DNA of 64,000 bases from Eledone cirrhosa (lineage: Eukaryota), in contig OZ024743.1 of assembly GCA_964016885.1 (NCBI GenBank), positions 140,554,001 through 140,618,000 of the forward strand, read 5' to 3'. This document shows, one piece after another, positions 36,601-47,199 of this stretch. The notes beneath the pieces were generated by a model. The model saw only the letters and a program-made list of their open reading frames with translations, had not been told where the DNA came from and did no database searches. A program made the translations under genes and the position numbers. The stretch's first letter is position 1. Each line of letters opens with the position of its first letter.

Positions 36601-37190
36601 TGTTTGGTGCTTGGTGCTTGGTGCTTGGTGTTTGGTGTTTGGTGTTTGGTGCTTGGTGCTTGGTGTTTGGTGCTTGGTGCTGAGTGGTTGGTGTTTGGTG
36701 CTTGGTGTTTGGTGCTGGGTGCTTGGTTTTTGGTCCTGGGTGCTTGGTGTTTGGTGCTTGGTGCTTGGTGCTTGGTGTTTGGTGCTTGGTGCTTGGTGTT
36801 TGGTGCTTGGTGCTTAGTGTTTGGTGCTAGGTGCTTGGTGTTTGGTGCTTGGTGCTTGGTGTTTGGTGTTTGGTGTTTGGTGCTTGGTGTTTGGTGCTTG
36901 GTGCTTGGTGTTTGGTGTTTGGTGCTTGGTGCTTGGTGCTTGGTGTTTGGTGTTTCGTGTTTGGTGCTTGGTGCTTGGTGTTTGGTGCTTGGTGCTGAGT
37001 GGTTGGTGTTTGGTGCTTGGTGTTTGGTGCTGGGTGCTTGGTTTTTGGTCCTGGGTGCTTGGTGTTTGGTGCTTGGTGCTTGGTGCTTGGTGTTTGGTGC
37101 TTGGTGCTTGGTGTTTGGTGCTTGGTGCTTAGTGTTTGGTGCTAGGTGCTTGGTGTTTGGTGCTTGGTGTTTGGTGCTTGGTGCTTGGTG
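24660..37190 (+). repeat. Higher-order tandem duplication, period 6,700 bp (5,793 bp after the internal 907-bp duplication), built on an older 2,850-bp period
   Basis: Offsets +6700 (25000/31700, 26271/32971, 27271/33971, 28483/35183) then +5793 (29390/35183, 30028/35821, 31343/37136). Internal +2850 (25700/28550, 32971/35821). Confidence 0.88.
28025..29845 (+). repeat. 907-bp tandem duplication present in only one copy of the 6.7-kb unit
   Basis: Offset +907 (28235/29142, 28483/29390, 28550/29457, 28605/29512); 6700-5793=907. Confidence 0.87.
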
Positions 37191-39622
37191 TTTGGTGTTT
37201 GGTGTTTGGTGCTTGGTGCTTGGTGTTTGCTGTTTGGTGTTTGGTGTTTGTTGTTTGGTGTTTGTTGTTTGGTGTTTGCTGTTTGGTGTTTGGTGTTTGC
37301 TATTTGGTGTTTGGTGTTTGCTGTATGTTGTTTGCTGTTTGGTGTTTGGTGTTTGGTGTTTGGTGTTTGGTGTTTGGTGTTTGGTGCTTGGTGTTTGGTG
37401 CTTGGTGCTTGGTGTTTGGTGCCTGGTTCTTGGTGCTTGATACTTGGTGTTTGGTTTTTGGTGCTTGGTGCTTGGTGCTTGGTCCTTGGTGTTTGGTGCT
37501 TGGTGCTTGGTGTTTGGTGCTTGGTGCTTGGTGCTTGGTGTTTGTACTTGGTGCTTGGTGCTTGGTGTTTGGTTCTTGGTTCTTGGTGTTTGGTGTTTTG
37601 CGTTTGGTGTTTGGTGCTTGGTGTTTGGTGCTTGGTGCTTGGTGTTTGGTGCCTGGTGCTTGGTGCTTGGTGCTTGGTGTTTGGTGTTTGGTGCTTGGTG
37701 CTTGGAGTTTGGTGTTTGGTGCTTGGTGCTTGGTGCTTGGTCCTTGGTGTTTGGTGCTAGGTGCTTTGTGTTTGGTGATTGGTGCTTGGTGTTTGGTGTT
37801 TGCTGCTTGGTGTTTGATGCTTGGTGTTTTGTATTTGGTGCTTGGTGCTTGGTGTTTGGTGCTTGGTGCTTGGTGCTTGGTGTTTCTACTTGGTGCTTGG
37901 TGCTTGGTGTTTGGTTCTTGGTTCTTGGTGTTTGGTACTTGGTGCTTGGTGCTTGGTGCTTGATGTTTGGTGTTTGGTGCTTGGTGTTTGGTGCTTGGTG
38001 GTTGGTGCTTGGTGCTTGGTGCTTGGTGTTAGGTATTTGGTGCTTGGTGCTTGGTGTTTGGTGCTTGGTGTTTGGTGTTTGCTGTTTGGTGTTTGGTGTT
38101 TGCTGTTTGGTGTTTGCTGTTTGGTGTTTGCTGTTTGGTGTTTGGTCTTTGGTGCTTGGTGTTTGGTGCTTGGTGTTTGGTGTTTGGTGCTTGGTGCTTG
38201 GTGTTTGGTGTTTGGTGCTTGGTGCTTGGTGTTTGGTGTTTGGTGTTTGGTGCTTGGTGTCTGGTGCTTGGTGTTTGGTGTTTGGTGCTTGGTGTTTGGT
38301 GTTTGGTGTTTGGTGCTTGGTGTTTGGTGTTTTTGTGCTTGGTGTTTGGTGTTTGGTGCTTGTTCCTTGGTGCTTGATGTTTGGTGCTTGGTGCTTGGTG
38401 TTTGGTGCTGGGTGTTTGGTGTTTGGTGCTTGGTGCTTGGTGTTTGGTGCTTGGTGCTGAGTGGTTGGTGTTTGGTGCTTGGTGTTTGGTGCTGGGTGCT
38501 TGGTGTTTGGTGCTGGGTGCTTGGTGTTTGGCGCTTGGTGCTTGGTCTTTGGTGCTTGGTTTTTGGTGCTTGGTGCTTGGTGCTTGGTGTTTGGTGCTTG
38601 GTGCTTGGTGTTTGGTGCTTGGTGCTTGGTGTTTGCTGTTTGCTGTTTGGTGTTTGTTGTTTGGTGTTTGTTGTTTGGTGTTTGCTGTTTGGTGTTTGGT
38701 GTTTGCTTTTTGGTGTTTGGTGTTTGCTGTATGTTGTTTGCTGTTTGGTCTTTGGTGTTTGGTGTTTGGTGCTTGGTGCTTGGTGTTTGGTGCCTGGTGC
38801 TTGGTGCTTGGTGCTTGGTGTTTGGTGTTTGGTGCTTGGTGCTTGGTGCTTGGTGTTTGGTGTTTGGTGCTTGGTGCTTGGTGTTTTGTGTCTCGTGTTT
38901 GGTTTTTGGTGCTTGGTGCTTGGTGCTTGGTCCTTGGTGTTAGGTGCTGGGTGCTTTGTGTTTGGTGCTTGGTGCTTGGTGTTTGGTGTTTGCTGCTTGG
39001 TGCTTGATGCTTGGTGTTTGGTGCTTGGTGCTTGGTGCTTGGTGTTTGTACTTGGTGCTTGGTGCTTGGTGTTTGGTTCTTGGTTCTTGGTGTTTGGTGT
39101 TTGGCATTTGGTGTTTGGTGCTTGGTGCTTGGTGTTTGGTGCTTGGTGCTTGGTGTTTGGTGCCTGGTGCTTGGTGCTTGGTGCTTGGTGTTTGGTGTTT
39201 GGGGCTTGGTGCTTGGAGTTTGGTGTTTGGTGCTTGGTGCTTGGTGCTTGGTGTTTGGTGCTGGGTGCTTTGTGTTTGGTGATTGGTGCTTGGTGTTTGG
39301 TGTTTGCTGCTTGGTGTTTGATGCTTGGTGCTTGGTGTTTTGTGTTTGGTGCTTGGTGCTTGGTGTTTGGTGCTTGGTGCTTGGTGCTTGGTGTTTGTAC
39401 TTGGTGCTTGGTGTTTGGTGTTTGGTTCTTGGTTCTTGGTGTTTGGTACTTGGTGCTTGGTGCTTGGTGCTTGGTGTTAGGTATTTGGTGCTTGGTGCTT
39501 CGTGTTTGGTGCTTGGTGTTTGGTGTTTGCTGTTTGGAGTTTGGTGTTTGGTGTTTGGTTTTGATGTCTGGTGTCTGCTTTTTGGTGTTTAGTGTTTGCT
39601 GTATGGTGTTTGCTGTTTCGTG

Positions 39623-39647
39623 TTTGGTGTTTGCACCCAACACCAAA
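39623..39647. other. Satellite orientation-switch (inversion/fusion) junction
   Basis: The sequence reads ...TTTGGTGTTTG-C-ACCCAACACCAAA... G/T-rich changes to C/A-rich within one base (C39634), with no intervening unique DNA. Confidence 0.97.
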
Positions 39648-42600
39648 CACCAAACATCAAACACCAATCACGAATCACCAAACAGCAAACAGCAAACACC
39701 AAACACCAAACACCAAACACCAAGCACCAAGCACCAAACACCAAACACCAAGCAATAAGCACCAAACACCAAATACCAAGCACCAAGCACCAAGCACCAA
39801 TCACCAAACACCAAGCACCAAGCACCAAGCACCAAGCACCAAACACCAAGCACCAAACACCAAGCACCAGACACGAAGCACCAAGCACCAAATACCAAGC
39901 ACCAAAAACCAAGCACCAAGCTCCAAGGACCAAACACCAAGCACCAAACACCAAACACCAAGCACCAAGCATGAAACACCAAGCACCAAGCGCCAAACAC
40001 CAAACACCAAGCACCAAGCACCAAATACCAAGCACCAAGCACCAAGCACCAAGCACCAAACACCAAACACCAAACACCAAACAGCAAACAGCAAACTCCA
40101 AACACCAAACACCAAACAGCAAACACCAAACACCAAACAGCAAACACCAAACAGCAAACAGCAAACACCAAACACCAACCAGCAAACACCAAGCACCAAA
40201 CACCAAGCACCAAGCAACAAGCACCAATCACCAAGCACCAAGCACTAAACACCAAACACCAAGCACCAAGCACCATGGACCAAACACCAAGCATCAAGCA
40301 CCAAGCACCAAACGCCAAGCACCAAGCAACAAAAACCAAGCACCAAGCACCATGCACCAAACACCAAGCACCAAAGACCAAGCACCAAATACCAAGCACC
40401 AAGCACCAAACACCAATCACCAAGCACCAAGCACCAAACACCAAGAACCCAGCACCAATCACTAAACACCAAACACCAAGCACCAATACCAAGTACCAAA
40501 CTCCAAACACCAAACACCAAGCACCAAGCACCAAATCGCAAGCACCAAACACCAAGCACCAAGCACCAAACACCAAACACCAAGCACCAAGCACCATGGA
40601 CCAATCACCAAACACCAAGCACCAAGAACCAAACACCAAACACTAAGCACCAAGCACCAAACACCAAACACCAAGCACCTAGCACCAAGCACCAAGCACC
40701 AAGCACCAAACACCAAGCACCAAGCACCAAGCCCCAAACACCAAGCACCAAACACCAAGCACCAGACACGAAGCACCAAGCACCAAATACCAAGCACCAA
40801 AAACCAAGCACCAAGCTCCAAGGACCAAACACCAAGCACCAAACACCAAACACCAAGCACCAAGCATGAAACACCAAGCACCAAGCGCCAAACACCAAAC
40901 ACCAAGCACCAAGCACCAAATACCAAGCACCAAGCACCAAGCACCAAGCACCAAACACCAAACACCAAACACCAAACACAAAACAGCAAATAGCAAACTC
41001 CAAACACCAAACACCAAACAGCAAACACCAAACACCAACCAGCAAACACGAAACACCAAACACCAAACAGCAAACGCCAAACAGAAAACGCCAAACACCA
41101 AACGCCAAACAGTAAGCACCAAGCACCAAACACCAAACACCAAGCACCAAGCACCAAACACCAAACACCAAGCACCAAGCACCAAACACCAAACACCAAG
41201 CACCAAGCACTAAACACCAAACACCAAGCACCAAGCACCAAGCCCCAAACACCAAGCACCAAGCACCAAGCACCAAACACCAAGCACCAAGCACCAAACA
41301 CGAACCAGCAAACACCAAACACCAAACACCAAACAGCAAACACAAAACACCAAACACCAAATAGCAAACGCCAAAAAGCAAACGCCAAACCCCAAACGCC
41401 AAACAGCAAACGCCAAGCACCAAACACCAAACACCAAGCGCCAAGCACCAAACACCAAACACCAAGCACCAAGCACCAAACACCAAACACCAAGCACCTA
41501 GCACCAAAGAGCAAACACCAAGCCCCAAGCACCAAACACCCAACACCAAACACCAAACATCAAACACCAATCACGAATCACCAAACAGCAAACAGCAAAC
41601 ACCAAACACCAAACACCAAACACCAAGCACCAAGCACCAAACACCAAACACCAAGCACCAAGCACCAAACACCAAATACCAAGCACCAAGCACCAAGCAC
41701 CAAGCACCAAACACCAAGCACCAAGCACCAAGAACCAAACACCAAGCACCAAACACCAAGCACCAGACACGAAGCACCAAGCACCAAATACCAAGCACCA
41801 AAAACCAAGCACCAAGCTCCAAGGACCAAACACCAAGTACCAAACACCAAACACCAAGCACCAAGCATGAAACACCAAGCACCAAGCGCCAAACACCAAA
41901 CACCAAGCACCAAGCACCAAATACCAAGCACCAAGCACCAAGCACCAAGCACCAAACACCAAACACCAAACACCAAACAGCAAACAGCAAACTCCAAACA
42001 CCAAACACCAAACAGCAAACACCAAACACCAAACAGCAAACACAAAACAGCAAACAGCAAACACCAAACACCAACCAGCAAACACCAAGCACCAAACACC
42101 AGGCACCAAGCAACAAGCACCAATCACCAAGCACCAAGCACTAAACACCAAACACCAAGCACCAAGCACCATGGACCAAACACCAAGCATCAAGCACCAA
42201 GCACCAAACGCCAAGCACCAAGCACCAAACACCAAGCACCAAGCACCATGCACCAAACACCAAGCACCAAAGACCAAGCACCAAATACCAAGCACCAAGC
42301 ACCAAACACCAATCACCAAGCACCAAGCACCAAACACCAAGAACCCAGCACCAATCACTAAACACCAAACACCAAGCACCAAGCACCAAGTACCAAACTC
42401 CAAACACCAAACACCAAGCACCAAGCACCAAATCGCAAGCACCAAACACCAAGCACCAAACACCAAACACCAAGCACCTAGCACCAAGCACCAAGCACCA
42501 AGCACCAAACACCAAGCACCAAGCACCAAGCCCCAAACACCAAGCACCAAACACCAAGCACCAGACACGAAGCACCAAGCACCAAATACCAAGCACCAAA

Positions 42601-45350
42601 AACCAAGCACCAAGCTCCAAGGACCAAACACCAAGCACCAAACACCAAACACCAAGCACCAAGCCTGAAACACCAAGCACCAAGCGCCAAACACCAAACA
42701 CCAAGCACCAAGCACCAAATAACAAGCACCAAGCACCAAGCACCAAGCACCAAACACCAAACACCAAACACCAAACACCAAACACCAAACAGCAAACTCC
42801 AAACACCAAACACCAAACAGCAAACACCAAACACCAAACAGCAAACACCAAACAGCAAACACCAAACACCAACCAGCAAACACCAAACACCAAACACCAA
42901 ACAGCAAACGCCAAACATCAAACGCCAAACACCAAACGCCAAACAGCAAACGCCAAACACCAAACGCCAAACAGTAAGCACCAAGCACCAAACACCAAAC
43001 ACCAAGCACCAAGCACCAAACACCAAACACCAAGCACCAAGCACCAAACACCAAACACCAAGCACCAAGCACTAAACACCAAACACCAAGCACCAAGCAC
43101 CAAGCCCCAAACACCAAGCACCAAACACCAAGCACCAAACACCAAGCACCAAACACCAAGCACCAAACACCAAGCACCAAGCACCAAGCACCAAACACCA
43201 AGCACCAAGCACCAAACACCAACCAGCAAACACCAAACACCAAACACCAAACAGCAAACACCAAACACCAAACACCAAATAGCAAACGCCAAAAAGCAAA
43301 CGCCAAACCCCAAACGCCAAACAGCAAACGCCAAACACCAAACACCAAACACCAAGCGCCAAGCACCAAACACCAAACACCAAGCACCAAGCACCAAACA
43401 CCAAACACCAAGCACCAAGCACCAAAGAGCAAACACCAAGCCCCAAGCACCAAACACCCAACACCAAACACCAAACATCAAACACCAATCACGAATCACC
43501 AAACAGCAAACAGCAAACACCAAACACCAAACACCAAACACCAAGCACCAAGCACCAAACACCAAACACCAAGCACCAAGCACCAAACACCAAATACCAA
43601 GCACCAAGCACCAAGCACCAAGCACCAAACACCAAGCACCAAGCACCAAGCACCAAACACCAAGCACCAAACACCAAGCACCAGACACGAAGCACCAAGC
43701 ACCAAATACCAAGCACCAAAAACCAAGCACCAAGCTCCAAGGACCAAACACCAAGCACCAAACACCAAACACCAAGCACCAAGCATGAAACACCAAGCAC
43801 CAAGCGCCAAACACCAAAAACCAAGCACCAAGCACCAAATACCAAGCACCAAGCACCAAGCACCAAGCACCAAACACCAAACACCAAACACCAAACAGCA
43901 AACAGCAAATTCCAAACACCAAACACCAAACAGCAAACACCAAACACCAAACAGCAAACACCAAACAGCAAACAGCAAACACCAAACACCAACCAGCAAA
44001 CACCAAGCACCAAACACCAAGCACCAAGCAACAAGCACCAATCACCAAGCACCAAGCACTAAACACCAAACCCCAAGCACCAAGCACCATGGACCAAACA
44101 ACAAGCATCAAGCACCAAGCACCAAACGCCAAGCACCAAGCACCAAACACCAAGCACCAAGCACCATGCACCAAACACCAAGCACCAAAGACCAAGCACC
44201 AAATACCAAGCACCAAGCACCAAACACCAATCACCAAGCACCAAGCACCAAACACCAAGAACCCAGCACCAATCACTAAACACCAAACACCAAGCACCAA
44301 GCACCAAATCCCAAGCACCAAACACCAAGCACCAAGCACCAAACACCAAACACCAAGCACCAAGCACCATGCACCAATCACCAAACACCAAGCACCAAGC
44401 ACCAAACACCAAACACCAAGCACCAAGCACCAAACACCAAACACCAAGCACCTAGCACCAAGCACCAAGCACCAAGCACCAAACACCAAGCACCAAGCAC
44501 CAAGCCCCAAACACCAAGCACCAAACACCAAGCACCAGACACGAAGCACCAAGCACCAAATACCAAGCACCAAAAACCAAGCACCAAGCTCCAAGGACCA
44601 AACACCAAGCACCAAACACCAAACACCAAGCACCACGCATGAAACACCAAGCACCAAGCGCCAAACACCAAACACCAAGCACCAAGCACCAAATACCAAG
44701 CACCAAGCACCAAGCACCAAGCACCAAACACCAAACACCAAACACCAAACACCAAACAGCAAACAGCAAACTCCAAACACCAAACACCAAACAGCAAACA
44801 CCAAACACCAAACAGCAAACACCAAACAGCAAACACCAAACACCAAACACCAACCAGCAAACACCAAACACCAAACACCAAACAGCAAACGCCAAACACC
44901 AAACGCCAAACAGCAAGCACCAAGCACCAAACACCAAACACCAAGCACCAAGCACCAAACACCAAACACCAAGCACCAAGCACCAAACACCAAACACCAA
45001 GCACCAAGCACTAAACACCAAACACCAAGCACCAAGCACCAAGCACCAAACACCAAGCACCAAACACCAAGCACCAAACACCAAGCACCAAGCACCAAGC
45101 ACCAAGCACCAAACACCAAGCACCAAGCACCAAACACCAACCAGCAAACACCAAACACCAAACACCAAACAGCAAACACCAAACACCAAACACCAAATAG
45201 CAAACGCCAAAAAGCAAATGCCAAGCCCCAAACGCCAAACAGCAAATGCCAAGCACCAAACACCAAACACCAAGCGCCAAGCACCAAACACCAAACACCA
45301 AGCACCAAGCACCAAACACCAAACACCAAGCACCAAGCACCAAACACCAA
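39634..45350 (-). repeat. Higher-order repeat of about 1.9 kb, about 3 copies, each a dimer of 0.8-1.1-kb subunits
   Basis: Marker CACCCAACACC...AATCACGAATCACC at 39634, 41537, 43455 (+1903, +1918). Sub-marker CACCAGACACGAAGC at 39865, 40760, 41761, 42559, 43679, 44533. Confidence 0.86.
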
Positions 45351-47199
45351 ACACCAAGCACCAAGCACTAAACACCAAACACCAAGCAGCAAGCACCAAG
45401 CACCAAACACCAAGCACCAAGCACCAGGCACCAAACACCAAGCACCAAGCACCAGACACCAAAAACCAAGCACCAAACAACAAGCACCAAACACCAAGCA
45501 CCAAGCACCAAGCACCAGATACCAAGCACCAAGCACCAAGCACCAAACACCAAACACCAAGCACCAAGTACCACGCACCAAGCACCAAACACCAAGCACC
45601 AAACACCAAGCACCAAACACCAAGCACCAAGCACCAAAACACCAAAAACCAAGCACCAAGCACTAAACACCAAGCACCAAGCACCAAGCATCAAGCACCA
45701 AACACCAAGCACCAAGCACCAAACACCAAGCACCAAGCAGCAGGCACCAAGCACCAAACACCAAGCATCAAGCACCAAACAGCAAACATCAAGCACCAAA
45801 CACCAAACACCAAGTACCAAGCACCAAACACCAAACACCAAGGACCAAACAGCAAACACCAAACAGCAAACACCAAACACCAAACACCAACCAGCAAACA
45901 CCAAACACCAAACACCAAACCACAAACACCAAACAGCAAACACCAAACAGCAAAGACCAAACACCAAAGACCAAACAGCAAACGCCAAAAAGCAAACGCC
46001 AAACCCCAAACGCCAAACAGCAAATGCCAAACCCCAAATGCCAAACAGCAAACGCCAAGCACCAAACACCAAACACCTAGCACCAAGCACCAAACCCCAA
46101 ACACCAAACACCAAGTACAAAACACCAACCACCAAGCACCAAACACCAAACAGCAAACGCCAAAAAGCAAATGCCAAACCCCATACGCCAAACAGGAAAT
46201 GCCAAACCCCAAACACCAAACACCAAACTCCTAGCACCAAGCACCAAGCACCAAACACCAAGCACCAAACACCAAGCACCAAGCACAAAGCACCAAGCAC
46301 CAATCACCAATCACCAAGCCCCAAGCACCAAACACCAAACACCAAGCACCAAGCACCAAGCACCAAGCACCAGACACCAAACACCAAGCACGAAGCACCA
46401 AACACCAAAAACCAATCACCAAGCCCCAAGTACCAAACACCAAGCACCAAACACCAAACAGCAAACACTAAACAACAAACTCCACACAGCAAACACCAAA
46501 CACCAAATATCAAACACCAAACAGCAAACACCAAACAGCAAACAGCAAACACCAAACACCAACCAGCAAACACCAAACAGCAAACACCAAACAGCAAACG
46601 CCAAACAGCAAACACAAACACCAAACACCAAACACCAAGCACCAAGCACCAAGCACAAAACACCAAGCACCAAGCGCCAAACACCAAACACCAAGCACCA
46701 AGCACCAAGCACCAAGCACCAAACACCAAACACCAAACACCAAACAGCAAACACCAATCACCAAACACCAAACACGAAACACCAAACAGCAAACACCAAA
46801 CACCAAACACCAAACACCAAACACCAAACAGCAAACACCAAACACCAAACACCAAACAGCAAACACCAAACAGCAAACACCAAACAGCAAACACCAAACA
46901 GCAAACACCAAACAGCAAACAGCAAACAGCAAACAGCAAACACCAAACACCAAGCACCAAACACCAAGCACCAAGCAACAAGCGCCAATCAGCAAGCACC
47001 AAGCACTAAACACCAAACACCAAGCACCAAGCACCATGCACCAAACACCAAGCATGAAGCACCAAGCACCAAACGCCAAGCACCAAGCACCAAACACCAA
47101 GCACCAAGCACCAAGCACCAGACACCAAGCACCAAAGACCAAGCACCAAATACCAAGCACCAAGCCCTAAACACCAATCACCAAGCCCCAAGCACCAAA

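Larger units (their letters stand above)
1..39634 (+). repeat. 7-bp tandem satellite (TTGGTGY)n, left arm, G/T-rich strand on +, about 5,660 units, open at window start
   Basis: Continuous TTGGTGC/TTGGTGT units with scattered single-base variants (TTGCTGT, TAGGTGT, TTGATGC, TTGGTGA, TTGGTTC) and rare 6-, 8- and 9-bp units (TTGTAC, TTAGGTGC, TATATATGC). A is very rare on +. Confidence 0.99.

Noticed and set aside
1-39634. Many long + strand ORFs encoding (WCLVLGA/WCLVFGV)n, resembling hydrophobic Cys/Trp-rich membrane proteins
   Set aside because: The heptamer has no stop codon in any frame, so all three frames give the same 7-aa cycle. ORF ends coincide with random variant units, and there is no non-repetitive domain or frame preference.
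39600-39670. GC-skew flip as a replication origin/terminus, or the junction hairpin as an intrinsic terminator
   Set aside because: The skew change is fully explained by repeat orientation. There is no upstream gene, and no U-tract follows the stem.
37821-40465. ORFs crossing the junction that give chimeric hydrophobic/hydrophilic proteins (37821..39758, 37886..39667, 39571..40248, 39596..40465)
   Set aside because: This is expected when two stop-poor repeats abut. There is no independent sign of a gene.
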